Source: Octopus sinensis
Taxonomy: Eukaryota
Reading direction: 5' to 3'
Length of the DNA: 64,000 nucleotides
NCBI RefSeq assembly: GCF_006345805.1
Contig: NC_042998.1
Span: 30,876,001 to 30,940,000, forward strand
Positions 38,352-50,960 of this stretch are shown here, one piece after another. Position numbers and translations under genes: made by a program. Position 1 is the first letter of the stretch, and the number at the start of each line of letters is the position of its first letter. The notes beneath the pieces were generated by a model that saw nothing but the letters and a program-made list of their open reading frames with translations, was not told the DNA's origin and ran no database searches.

Positions 38352-38387
38352 CTTTCTGTTGAAGAAGCTAGGCTCGAAACGTAAAAG
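38352..38387 (+). ncRNA. Hammerhead-like variant (CUGUUGA core, palindromic ACGU stem III)
   Basis: CUUU CUGUUGA A GA(A)GC UAG GCUC GAAA CG UA AAAG. Stem I is CUUU/AAAG. Confidence 0.5.
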
Positions 38388-38479
38388 ACTTTCTCACTTC
38401 CCGATCGTCAAACTAATACACTTGTTTGTTGTTTATACACCTGTCTCCGTCTTTTGTTTTTCTGTAAATTTCAACTATG

Positions 38480-39080
38480 ATAGAGTTAGCTCGTCAGACA
38501 TGACATCGTCTGAGGAGTTGCTGAATAGAATAAAAATAATAGACAAGGCAATAGAGGAGGAGAGAAATTTTTTCAGATGCAGCTAGAGGAAGAAAGGTTT
38601 ATGAATCAAGAGGGAGGAATTTGAACAATCCAAGGCAATGTTGAAGTCGAGAAGGGCACGAAGTAAAGGTGACCCCTCCGAGTGAGACTACAAAACAAGT
38701 GAAAGAATAGACGATAGTGTACAGAACGTACGACCAGAAATGACAAAGAGTAGATATAGCAACAAAGGTTCAAGTTGGAAAAGCGCTGAGACCCATCTGG
38801 CAGGACGTCACGTACCTTGCCAGAGGAAGAAAGTATGCGACGGTGGAAGTGTGGTTTTGCAACTGAGGCAATAGCCAGGCAGCGCTCCGTAACTTCCCTC
38901 AAGACAGACGAAGTGGTTCTTCTGCCTATTTACCTGCAAAGACGTGCTTCCAGGGTAAGGGTGGAAGAAATCCGCCCCCCCCCCCACGAGGTAGATGTTA
39001 CCTGGCTGGTGGCAGTCATCCTATTAGGGTTAGAAGAGAAGATTATGGTCCTCCAAGCCACAGGTATACCACAGAGGAAT
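38480..39080 (+). mobile_element. Decayed ORF1-like region of an L1/Tx1-type LINE
   Basis: FATEAIARQRSVTSLKTDEVVLLPIYLQRRASRVRVEEI...VDVTWLVAVIL, with stops upstream. Assignment from recalled similarity only. Confidence 0.5.
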
Positions 39081-39509
39081 TGGCAAAGGCAGTAGCACAA
39101 GGCTTTGGTCGGCCCAAGGCTATAGTGGAAGACACTTGCTCAAGGTGCCACGCAGTGAGACTGAACCCGGAACCATGTGGTTGGGAAGCAAGCTTCTTAC
39201 CACATCCATGTTTGCTCGTATATATATATATATATATAAAGGTGATATATACCAAGTGGTTAAGATGCTCGCTTTACGGTATGATTACACCCAGTAGGTG
39301 TGAGGTTTGGTATATGTAATTTTGTAGATCCTTGACTGATTGGAATCAGATCGACGAAAACTCTACGGAAGCCCGTCAGATTGAATGCACCTGTAATTCA
39401 AGATGGATTTCGGGGTTAAAAAGTGTTTTACGGGAACTTGTTAAATTTCTTTCAACTGCTTGAAAATATATATACTTCTGATGGTGTTTGGAAATCAAGT
39501 GGCAATATC

Positions 39510-40020
39510 GTTGGCACGCCGGGCGAAATGCTTAGCGGTATTTCGTCTGTCTTTAAGTTCTGAGATCAAATTCCGCTGAGGTCGACTTTGCCTTTTATCC
39601 TTTCGGGGTCGATAAATTAAGTACCAGTTACGCACTGAGGTCGATATAATCGACTTAATCCGTTTGTCTGTCCTTGTTTGTCCTCTCTGTGTGTAGCCCC
39701 TTGTGGGCAGTAAAGAAATAGGTATTTCGCCCGTCTCTACGTTCTGAATTCAAATTCCGCCGAGGTCGACTTTGTTTTTCATCTTTTCGGGGTCGATTAA
39801 ATAAGTACCAGTTACGCACTGGGGTCGATGTAATCGACTTAATCCGTTTATCTGTCCTCTCTCTGTGTAGCCCCTTGTGGGCAGTAAAGAAATAGGTATT
39901 TCGCCCGTCGCAACGTTCTTAGTTCAAATTTCGCTGAAGTCGACTTTGCCTTTCATCTTTTCGGAGGTCGATAAAATAAGTACCAGTTGAACACTGAAGT
40001 CGATGTAATCCATTTATTCC
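39510..40020 (+). mobile_element. SINE family A compound array (one full and two partial units)
   Basis: Repeated ggtatttcg(t/c)c...gttctg...aaattcc/tcg...gtcgactttg blocks. Confidence 0.85.
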
Positions 40021-40445
40021 CCCCCCCCCACAACCCCAAAATTGCTGCGGTTGTGGCAAAATTTGAAACTATTATTTAGAAAATGGAACTGAAATATCAC
40101 CTCGCCTGTGCATGATAGATATATAAATAGATATATAAAATGGTTTAAGGTAGGATCAGCCCTTGGGTTGCTGGTTTCTCCGAGCATGCTGAACTTCGGC
40201 GTGTACAAGCTGACGGTCGTGGAAATTTCCTTGTGTTTGTCATACCCGCCTTGGCGCCATGGGCAACTGTTAGAGTTGCTGGTACCTTGAACCGGCCCTG
40301 GTTTAAGGTCAAAAGAGAAAGAAATGTAAAAGTAAAAACTAAATTGGAAATCATAAATATTTTTCGGTTTCGCGATTGGATGGGATTGGTAAACGATTGG
40401 TAGTACAAGTTGACTTGTGTTTGAAGAAGTGTGTGACTGGGTTAT

Positions 40446-40701
40446 GAATAAGGGTTAAGATCACCAGAAATAGAGGAAGTAAGAGGAGGAAGACTTTAGG
40501 TACTATTGAACTAATGAAGTAAAAATATGGTTACCATGGTAACGAAGAATTTTATGGTGGATTTGATCGACATAAAACAAAAGGAAAGAAATACCTAAGT
40601 TCATGCACGTGCACGTATGCACACACACGTCTATAAATAAGTGAAGAAATAAAGGGCCTAATGGATAAGGTAACACACACACACACACACACACACCACA
40701 C

Positions 40702-40753
<52 letters not shown>

Positions 40754-40962
40754 TCTTTTACTTGTTTCAGCCATTTGACTGCGGCCATGCTGGAGCACCG
40801 CTTTTAGTCGAGCAAATCGACCCCAGGACTTATTCTTTGTAAGCCTTAGTACTTATTCTATCGGTCGCTTTTGCCGAACAGCTAAGTTACGGGGACGTAA
40901 ACACACCAGCATCGGTTGTCAATCGATGTTGGGGGGACAAACACAGAGACAAACATATACAC

Positions 40963-40993
<31 letters not shown>

Positions 40994-41814
40994 TGACGGG
41001 CTTCTTTCAGTTTCCATCTACCAAATCCACTCACAAGGCTTTGGTCGGCTCGAGGCTATAGTAGAAGACACTTGGCCAAAGTGCCACGCAGTGGGACTGA
41101 ACCCGGAACCATGCGGTTGGTAAGCAACTCCTGGGATCTTTTCGGTTTGAACGACAGTTTTTTCTAGCGGTGTCATATGAAATTGTCACCCATAATTATG
41201 ACCCTAGTATCGATCTATTGCATTTCAATCTGTTTTAGGGTTAGGGTTAGTTAGGGTTAGTTATTGTTAAGGTTAGGGGTGAGGAGAAGGGTGTCTTTTT
41301 TTCTTCAGAAATGTAAATAAACCCAATCTGTTTCTTAAACGAGGGACATGTTCATACGGCGCAGAATGTTTTCACCTCAATAGACGTCATTTGATTGGTT
41401 GAAATTGCAGAAATTGAAGAAAAAAAATAACAAATATCTTACAAACTATAGAATTTTCTCAATAAAGCCAAGAGCAAAAAAATGTTTTCTAAACACATTC
41501 TACCAGTATACGAAGTTTAAAATTGTTTAGTTACATGGAAATTATGTTAAAAAACTGCCGTTCAAACCGAAAAGATTCCTCCTGCGCCTGTAGGCCTTTA
41601 TTTATTTCTTCACTTATTCATAGACGTGTGTGCGTGTGTGTGTGTGTGCATACGTGCATGAACTTAGGTATTTCTTTCCTCTTGTTTTATGTCGATCAAG
41701 TCCACCATAAAATTCTTTGTTACCATGGTAACTATATTTTTACTTCATAGTTCAATAGTACCTAAAGTGTTCCTCCTCTTACTTCCCTTATTTCTGGTGA
41801 TCTTAACCCTTATT
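40446..41814. mobile_element. Foldback element with inverted arms of about 215 bp, enclosing a SINE and a MITE
   Basis: 40446-40660 is the reverse complement of 41591-41814. Confidence 0.8.
41134..41578. mobile_element. Merlin-like MITE, opposite internal orientation to the 37850 copy, with TTAGGG-like tract
   Basis: Same TIRs; partial TSD ctcctg; inserted in a SINE head. Confidence 0.8.
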
Positions 41815-42182
41815 TATTTATATATATCTTGAAAGCTTTTAGCCCGTGCCAGTGTGATAAATAATTGTATATTTTGTATTAATTTTTTACTTATTTGGTT
41901 TATTGCATGCCGGACACTTGATAAAAATCTTATCTAAATTTTACGCCCGCCCGCCCGCCCGCACAGATAGACAGACAGCTTGACTGGCAAACAGACTGAC
42001 TGACAAGCAGGCAGACGGACGGACGGACGGACGGGCGGGCAGACTAACTGTCTCATAGAAACACACACAAATAACATAGCTAGTAAGATAAGCAGTGATC
42101 CCCGAGCGTAGAATTAGAGGAGCTCGCAGCGGGTATTTAGAGCTATTTTAAGTGAGACACGAGGATATAAGAAATGAAATAA

Positions 42183-42580
42183 GAAGGCGGCGAGCTGGCA
42201 GAAACGTTAGCGCGCCGGGCGAGATGCTTAGCGGCATTTCGTCTGCCGTTACGTTCTGAGTTCAAATTCCGCCGAGGTCGACTTTGCCTTTCTTCTTTTC
42301 GGGGTCGATTAAATAAGTACCAGTTACGCACTGGGGTCGATATAACCGACTTAATCCGTTTGTCTGTCCTTTCTGTGTTTAGCCCCTTGTGGGTAGTAAA
42401 GAAATAGGTATTTCATGTTCTGATTTCAAATTCCGCCGAGGTCGACTTTGCCTTTCTTCTTTCAGGGTCGATAAATTAAGTACCAGTTACGCACTGGAGT
42501 CGATGTAATCGACTTAATACCTTTGTCTGTCCTTGTTTGTCCCTTCTATGTTTTTATCCCTTGTGGATAATAAAGAAATA
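42183..42580 (+). mobile_element. SINE family A dimer
   Basis: Flanked by tataagaa(a/g)tgaaataa direct repeats. Confidence 0.85.
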
Positions 42581-42596
42581 TATAAGAAGTGAAATA

Positions 42597-43482
42597 AATA
42601 ATGCGATTTTTTCAATTGCCTGAACTACAAGTCGGAGGAGGACAGGATAAACTACCTGCATCCACTTGCTATAAAAGCAGGTAGTAACTTTACCTTGTAC
42701 TTCTTAGTGCAAGTTTTAAATGATGCACTTCAATATTAAGTTATTCTTTCATAGCTATAATGGAAGTGACAAAGGAGCATATTAGACATATTTTGCTTTA
42801 TGAGTTCAAGAAAGGCAACAACGCAACAGGAAGGGCAAGGAATATTAATGCAGTATATGGGTATTGGACAATAAGCGTATGCCAGTGTCAACGATGGTTC
42901 CAGAAATTCCGAACCGGGAATTACAGCCTAGAAGACGAGCATCGTCCTAGGAGATCTGTAGAGCTCAACCAGGACGTCCTGCAAACCTTGGTGGAACAAA
43001 ATAATATCATAACTGTTGAGGAACTAGCAAAGAAGCTTGGATTTGGTCATTCAACCAGTGCTAGAAGAAAAACGACCACCTTTGGTTTCAAGGAGAAAGA
43101 TGTTCTTCCATCAGGATAATGCTCGGCCACATACAGCGAGGATAACCTTCCAAAAGCTGGAGCAGTTTCAATGGGAAACGATGCCCGACCCACCATATTC
43201 GCCGGACATTACCCCATCTGATTATCATTTATTTCACAGTCTTCAAAATCATTTGGACGGAAAAAGTATGAATCCAGTAGATGAGGTCAGAATAGTACTT
43301 GAGGAATACTTTTCATCACGGACAAGTAAATTTTGGAAGAGGGGGCCTTGCAAGTCTACCAGATAGATGTAAGAGCATTATAGAAAATGAAAGAGAGTAT
43401 AATTTAGATTAAAAAAGAACTTTATCTTAATTTTAGAAAACTAAAGTATTAAAAAACCGCATTATTTATGGGATGACTCAAT
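42597..43482 (+). mobile_element. mariner (DD34D) relic with internal deletion
   Basis: HTH part MEVTKEHIRHILLYEFKKG...RWFQKFRTG joined to FHQDNARPH...PPYSPDITPSDYHLF. 3' TIR gcattatttatgggatgactcaata. Confidence 0.9.
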
Positions 43483-43894
43483 ATTTGTGACTGCTAACAG
43501 ATGGTTGAAAAACATTGATTTTAAAATTCTAATCTGAGAATGAATGAGAGAAAGTGATAGAAAGGAGGTAATATATAAAGGAAAGAAATAGAGAAGAAAA
43601 CTGGGAGAAGAATGAATTTATTCTTATCTTGATCTGTACACACCTTCATTATATGACAAGGGATACTACTACTAGTACTGCTACTACTACTTTTACCTTT
43701 TTTCTTTCACTTGTTTCAGTCATTGGATTGCGACCATGCTGGGGCGCCGCATTCAAATAATTCGACGCCTGTGCTTATTTTATTAAACCTGGTACTTTAT
43801 TTCACCGGTGTCTTTCGCCGAAGCGCTAAGTTACGAGAACGTAAACAAACCAACACCGGTTGCCAAGATGTAGTGGGATAACACTCACACACAC

Positions 43895-43981
<87 letters not shown>

Positions 43982-43984
43982 AAA

Positions 43985-44826
43985 CTGTCGTCCAAATGAA
44001 AATAACACTAACCTCATGTTAGCAGATATATTTACCAAAATTACACAAAAATTTCTTGAACTAATAAAGAGTGAATTTATTCAATAAAATCCCCATTGGC
44101 TTCAACCATGGCCTCCAGACGATTTCGGAATCTCCTGCAACTCTTCTGGTCGATCTCCTTGTTTAAGTTGGTGAATGCTGCCATAATCCTTACCCTCAGT
44201 TCATCTTTGGTGTTATGAAGAGTTTTGTTGGTCTCTCACTCAACTGCACCCCACACATAATAATCAAGGGGGTTGCAGTGTGGGGAGTTAGGTGACCAGA
44301 TGTTCGGTTGTGAGGTGGTCACAGAAATTGTCTGACAACCATGACTGGGTTCTCTTGTTCGTGTGGCATGGTGCAGAGTCCTGGTGCCAGACATAGGTTC
44401 CTCCAGCAGCCACCCTCTTGACCCAGGGCAGCACCACCTCATCCAAGCACTTGATGTAGGCTTCCGTGTTGAGTCTGAAGCCGTATGGGAAGATGAATGG
44501 AGGCATAACGTAGCCATCACTAGTGACCACTCCAAACACCATGATGTTGACTGGATGCTTGATTTTTATCACTCTCGGTACATGTCCTCAAATTGACACC
44601 CAAACACTCTGAAATGTTCGTATTGGAGCTTCCGGCGCGAATGCCAAGCAGTACAGCATGTTGTTTCTAAATTTCTGGCAGAGTGAATTCCATCATGATG
44701 CTGTTTTCTCACAGACGGTACCCAACTGACCCTACTATACTGTGTAATCGAGAAAATCAAAAACAAACAATGCTCATGCACGAAATTAAAAATATAAAAT
44801 GGCGAAAATTTACCCATCGCACCCTG
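43985..44826 (-). mobile_element. maT/DD37D Tc1-mariner relic
   Basis: KHPVNIMVFGVVTSDG, YVWHQDSAPCHT, NSPHCNPLDYYVW and RFRNRLEAMVEANGDFIE*. One terminus TA|CAGGGTG at 44826. Confidence 0.85.
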
Positions 44827-44828
44827 TA

Positions 44829-44901
<73 letters not shown>

Positions 44902-45061
44902 TACATAGATACATACACACATACGACGGGCCTCTTAGTTTCCCTCTATCCAACCGACTCACAAAGCTTGGCTGGTCTGGAGCTGGGACCGAGCTCCAAA
45001 ACATGTGTTTGGAAAGCAAACTTGTTGCCACAGCCAGGCATGGGCCTAGGTAGATAGATAC

Positions 45062-45445
45062 ATACATAAAACAAAATTACACACAGCTTGTTTGTGGATG
45101 ACTTGAAATTGTTTGCCAAGAGTATGCGTGAGATGAAAAAGAGCCTTGACATGTTACAACATTGCCAGAGGAAATAGGGTTGGAGTTTGATATGACGATA
45201 AATGTTGCTGCAGGTTGTGAAAAGAGGGGAAACTGTAAACCAGACTAACAGCTTTTCAATCAATGACTGCTTCTGCTATATCTGATGATGAATGTTTCAG
45301 GCACCTAGGGGGACAGATGAAAACATATCCTACCAGTAACAAGACACGTGACACTAAAGAATATTACAACCAGGTAAGGAAAATATGGACCTCGGAACTT
45401 TCTGCATTCAATAAGGCAGTGGCTCACAAAATATATGCTCTGAGT
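45062..45445 (+). mobile_element. R4/Dong-like LINE RT fragment
   Basis: THSLFVDDLKLFAKS and KEYYNQVRKIWTSELSAFNKAVAH. Confidence 0.75.
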
Positions 45446-45656
45446 ACCAGTACTGGTCTTTGGTTTTCGTCACTCTTTTATTTGTTTCACTCATTTGACT
45501 GTGGCCATGCTGGAGCACCGCCTTTAGTCGAACAAATCGACCCGAGGACTTATTCTTTGTAAGCCTAGTACTTATTTTATCGGTCTCTTTTGCCGAACGT
45601 AAACACACCAGCATCGGTTGTCAAGCGATGTTGGAGGGAGACAAACACAGACACAT

Positions 45657-45739
<83 letters not shown>

Positions 45740-46725
45740 GTACAAATATACGATGGGCTTCTTTCAGTTTCTGTCTACCAAATCCACTCACAAGGCATTG
45801 GTTGACCCGAGGCTGTGGTAGAAGACGCTTGCCCAAGTTGCCACACTATGGGACTGAACCCGGAACCATGTGGTTGGTAAGCAAGCTACTTACCACACAG
45901 CCACTGTTTACAATTTTGTTCCAACTGTTTTCAAATTTGGTTTATGGATTTTGTATACTAATTATGAAAATGAAATTCATTTTTCCTATAAATGCATAAT
46001 TGAAGTTACTAGCCTTTAAAATTTGCCAAATTTGGGTACTTTAGCCAATTAGAAGCGTGTATTTTATGTCACTGTGACGAAAAACTCTGTTTTTATAGTA
46101 ACCATGCGCACAAGGAGGAGACGGATATACGAGAAAGATAATCGACTATAATAATACTCTCGTATTTTTCTTCATCATAACATATGAATGAGAAAGAAAG
46201 GAGTGATGGCAAACTGGTGGGATGGTGAACATTCATCGCTGAAAAGAAAAAAAATCAAGCAGCGTTTCAACTCTGTGTGAGTATATGTGTGTACGTGTAC
46301 AATGGAAGTATGTGAATGTATATGAACATTGACATGTGTATTAATTTGATTCACCATCCATATTTATATATATAATACTATAATTAGTCGTCATTGTTTT
46401 TACGGCATGGGGCCAGCTTTCTTATTTTATAAAATCCTAGTGTGTTGCTAACTTTCGTTCTCGAACATTTTATGAAAATGAGACTACTATGCACACATAA
46501 AAAAAAATAGTTAAAATATCTTCTTAGTATATAATGATGGCGTGGAGGCACATGGCCTAGTGGTTAGAGCAGCGGACTCGCTGTTGAGAGATCGCGGGTT
46601 CAAATCTCAAATAGTAGTGGTACTTTATCATATTATCATGACTACTATTCTGTAGAGAAACTGTAAAGTCAATTATGAATAATTTAATGAAATAAATTGC
46701 ACGAATGAAATCATTCTAATTTCTC

Positions 46726-46731
46726 TTTATT
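46726..46731 (-). promoter_or_regulatory. Candidate polyadenylation signal of the 510-aa gene
   Basis: tttatt on plus, about 165 nt past the stop codon. Confidence 0.45.
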
Positions 46732-46895
46732 TTTGATAAGATATACACAATTAATATACTTCTCTTTAAAAAATGTGATGAAAATTAATTTTGAGCTTGG
46801 ATTGAAATCGTAAGAATTATGCGGAAATAGTTACGAATTTCGTTTTGCCAACTCTTCTGATTTAACAACATCGACTGACGTTCAAAATGAAGATA

Positions 46896-48437
46896 CTAAA
46901 ATATATGAGAAAAACTAGTATCGAGTAACACTTTAGAACAATCTTCCAACCATTTAAGGATATTGTTCTCTTTGAGTTCCTTTTTCTTTGATTGTCTGGA
47001 TGCAGCATCGTGGAGGACAATGTTTTTTATTGTCAGAAGAGCAGGACTTCTGTTAAAACCTATAATTCGACTTGTATTTGTTTGTGTAGCTTGAAGTGAA
47101 TGGTTCTTGAAATATTTCAAAGGGTAAGGAATAAAAGTTTTATTAGACATTTGTAAAGGCAATTTTAAACCTGTTAACTCAAACAAATTTGGTTTTGTAT
47201 CTGGTTTTAAATATCCTCTGGAAATATAATTTGCAGTGACTGTTTCTTCATTATCTTCGAATTTCCTTCTTTCAGGCCTTTTCCTATTCTTTTCACTTTC
47301 AGCAAAAGAAAAGTCTCGATTTTGATTAGTTTTGTTTTGTATTATATTATTTGCATTGACAGTTTCGTTGAAATTATTTTTTTCCGTTTTCGTTAAAACT
47401 AATTTATTTTGATAAAGTTTGCTATTCATTTTTAATTGCTGAAAGCTGTATTTCCGAGCATATTTTGTATTAGATTTAAATTTTGTTCTTTTATTATCTG
47501 AGTCTTTTGTGGCAGCGGAAGAGACATCAGTAAAAACTTGGAATGGTTTGTTCAAGGACTTTTCCTTTATATCTTCGTTTCGTTTACGGTTGTGATTAGC
47601 AAACGCATTGTTCGCTGTTGAAATATCACAGTTCAGTAAAGACTGCCCCGAGTGTTTCTGTGGGTAAGCTGATTCACATCGTGAGGATTGTCGAGGCTCG
47701 TTGGAAATTCTTTTTATATTAAAACCGTTTACATTTGCTTCTACTTCCTTGAGTGAAGGTCTCATAATTTTCTTGAAATTTTTTAAACTACCGCGTTGTT
47801 TCGAAGGACTTGACGCGCGAAGAATATCAATCTTGGAACCCTCGGAGGCTTTTGATAAGCAATAATCAAAATTAGGTACATACCATGGTTGTTTAGAATA
47901 ATTTCCAGCCGTTTGATTTAATGAAATAAAGGAAACGTTTTTCCTATTTTTCGAATATCCTGAATGTCTGTTATTATCTGAACTCTTTTCTACTTCCTTC
48001 TGGTTTGCACTAACGTCCAGTGTACAATCGACTGTTTTAACAAATTGTAGATTTTTATAATTTCGAAGGTTGTTCTTGTTGCGAAAACCATAAAAGTTTT
48101 CGTCGTTCGGATTTAGTAAGCACCTGTTATTGTTCGAAACCCTCAAGCTTCGATGGTTATCTTTGAAGGAGAGTGATTCACTATCACCAATATTATCAAA
48201 GCGACAACTACTCGAGTTTATGGGTTTCAAAGTTTTTGAGGAATTTTCATTATTTGCTTCGTTCTTTGGTTCATTATAAAAAGTATAATACTTTACTCCA
48301 CTTTTGACCTGCAGACTGTCGCTCGTTGAAGGATTCGTTTTTCTGAAACCCGGAATCTGGTGCCCATCTCGATTGCTCTGCTTCCAAAGAAATCCAACTT
48401 GATATTTCGACGTTGCTTTTCGAAGCATTTTATTAGT
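46896..48437 (-). CDS. Large terminal coding exon, about 510 aa, N/K/S-rich, probably disordered, unknown family
   Basis: 1533-nt ORF in AT-rich non-repeat DNA. Strong acceptor cctctctttttatttttcgtttcag upstream of 48437, phase 0, nine nt before the ATG at 48428. AATAAA on the minus strand at 46731-46726. Confidence 0.8.
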   Translation of the reverse strand, partial: TNKMLRKATSKYQVGFLWKQSNRDGHQIPGFRKTNPSTSDSLQVKSGVKYYTFYNEPKNEANNENSSKTLKPINSSSCRFDNIGDSESLSFKDNHRSLRVSNNNRCLLNPNDENFYGFRNKNNLRNYKNLQFVKTVDCTLDVSANQKEVEKSSDNNRHSGYSKNRKNVSFISLNQTAGNYSKQPWYVPNFDYCLSKASEGSKIDILRASSPSKQRGSLKNFKKIMRPSLKEVEANVNGFNIKRISNEPRQSSRCESAYPQKHSGQSLLNCDISTANNAFANHNRKRNEDIKEKSLNKPFQVFTDVSSAATKDSDNKRTKFKSNTKYARKYSFQQLKMNSKLYQNKLVLTKTEKNNFNETVNANNIIQNKTNQNRDFSFAESEKNRKRPERRKFEDNEETVTANYISRGYLKPDTKPNLFELTGLKLPLQMSNKTFIPYPLKYFKNHSLQATQTNTSRIIGFNRSPALLTIKNIVLHDAASRQSKKKELKENNILKWLEDCSKVLLDTSFSHIF

Positions 48438-49811
48438 CTGAAACGAAAAATAAAAAGAGAGGAAACGATATATTAATTATCAAATTGCGATTCTAAGATA
48501 TTTCGAAATTTCCTTTTCCAAGAATATTTTCAATTATAATTTATTGTTTTAGTTTAACTTGACGATATATAAAGCCTCATCTTTTGTAAAGTTTTCTATA
48601 CGTTACACAAGCCTTCAGGAAACTTCGTGTGTGTGTGAGAGATTTTAAATTTTAATGAAAATATGTCAACCCGATATGTTCGGGAAAGAGAATATTTTAA
48701 TATTTAGTATTAAAATTCTGCCGAGGTTGACTGTGACTTTCATCCTTTCGGGGTCGATAAAATAAGTACTTGCTGAGTACTGGGGTCAATGTAATAGACT
48801 TGCCCCCTTTCCCGAACTTGCTGGCCTTGTGCCAAAATTTGAAGCGGATATTTCGTATTAAAATAATCGTGTTTCCACTGTTCTGTAGAATAACGATCAA
48901 TCGATATTATACAGTTAAGAATGTGTAAACAAATGTGTCTGAAGAACCAAATCTCGATTAACGCCCAACGATATTTTTGCAACAAACACATTCTTTATTA
49001 TATAAATAAGCATTCGGGTCCATTTATGCGAAAATTCTAACATATAAAAAGACAAGATTAAGTTCGGGACTTGCAACAGGGATTTCAAACGGAAGATTTG
49101 GGGTTCAAATCTCTCCTTGTCATATTTCCGAAATGAATGTTGGTATAGCGTTTATATATAAAAGTCTGTGTGTGCGAACACATACAAACATACGTATGCA
49201 TGTGTACACATACATGTGTGTGTGTGATTGCTTATTGAAAGGATCAGCCAACAACAAAAAAGAAACCACTCATTTTAGTAAGTTTTAAAGATACCATTTA
49301 ATGAATGAAAGAGGTTTTATGTGGCCGACTTCAATTTTTATGCTCACGTAGTGCAGTGATCATCTGATTAATACACTATCTGAGCATGAAACTCGAAGTA
49401 GTGTACGTGTTTGTATGTACAATATGCACATACAACATACAAAACACAATACCACACACACACACACACACACACTTAGGGAGAGTACCCAGTCGTTTTC
49501 TTACAACATTAACGAGAAAAAATGTAGCTAAATACCGTCAAATATAAATTTAAATGCACAATACCATACTAAATTTTTGTCTGAATTTATTTTTTCTTAG
49601 GTGACCTGTTAGGTTTTTCTAATTCAGTAAAATAAACTGAAATAACACTTGCTAAATAAAGACCAAGCGCTGCTCATGATACAAACTTTATATGGTACCA
49701 CAACCCATTACATAAGCAATAAAAAGTAATATAAAGCAAAAGCACAATTGTATTCAACAGAAACAATTACAGACATTGCCAAACAAACTTGCACAAAAAT
49801 ATAGAAATAAT

Positions 49812-49974
49812 CTGTTGTGTCTGGGGAGAGTCATTTTTATTTTTGTGCCTTATAATTTAACGCACTCACCGAAAATTTTAGGAAAATAAAAATAAGAAAT
49901 AAGTGGAAATTTTACCGGTGAGTGTGTTAAATTATAAGGTACAAAAAGAAAATGACTCTTTCCAGACACAACAG
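49812..49974. repeat. Foldback of a repeat family also seen as single arms near 5166-5290 and 52329-52460
   Basis: ctgttgtgtctggggagagtcat... pairs with ...atgactctttccagacacaacag. Confidence 0.8.
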
Positions 49975-50544
49975 AATATGCTTCAACACACGAACTCATA
50001 TAAAGAATCTTGCAAACCAAATCCAAAAATGAAATAGAAATAATCGTTTTCATGGAAAAACGGCAAAATAACCTGACACGGATTCTCCACAACCAATCTA
50101 TCAGTGGCACGATGAAGATTTTTTAAGACATTCCAAAGATTCTCCATCTGAGAGTCTTATGCTGAATTGATGCATCGACAGTTCAACCAACACACCAACT
50201 TAACCACGTATTTACAAACACCGGAATGATGAACAAAACAAGATGCTTTCCTTTACAACCTTGTTATCAAGTAGATGGCCGGTCGAAATTTACTCTAAAT
50301 TAAAACGGAAAAACATATACACACACAAGTATATATGAGCATGTCTAGACATGCAACTATATGCATAAGCCATACAGCAACCAAATCATGCAAATCTGCA
50401 CATATACATACATACACACACACATACATACGTGTATACATATCCTGTTGATGTTGTTGAAATTCCAATGAAGGAACCACGGATCTAGGTTAGAAACCGG
50501 CTATTTCTCTATTGACAAGAAACTTTGAAATAAAACTGAATATT

Positions 50545-50960
50545 TACATACATAACAGGCCAGATGTTGTCGTTTGCGACAGAGGGTCAAAGGCATGTAC
50601 CTTCATAGAGGCCAGCTGCCTTGCAGATATAAATATCTCTTTGAAAATCAAAGAAAAAGAGGATATCTATGGACAACTGCTTCAAAATCTCCAGCTTCTA
50701 TATCCAGGCTATGAATTCGTATTTATACCAATAATAATTGGCGCAATAGGTTTTGTTAGTAAATGCTTAAAGGAGAATCTGGATAAACTGGGATTTTAAG
50801 AAGAGAAATCGACCGGCTGATTTGTACATTACAAGTCCGATCTGTGAGTGGAACAGTAAAAATATGCAAGACTTTTCTCAAGTTACAAAAGTGAATTATC
50901 TGTTTTAAGTACATCCCAAAGATGGAGCCTTGTATCTTTGTTGGAAACCGGCTTCCTCCT
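50545..50960 (+). mobile_element. R4/Dong-like LINE 3' end with restriction-like endonuclease domain
   Basis: HNRPDVVVCD...FIEASC...KEKEDIYG...IPIIIGAIG (PD..D..E..K pattern) followed by a 3' UTR. Confidence 0.82.

Noticed and set aside
45062-50960. The 510-aa gene as a retrocopy inserted into one R4/Dong element
   Set aside because: The exon keeps a strong splice acceptor and shows no poly(A) tail or TSD; the two LINE pieces are more simply separate insertions.
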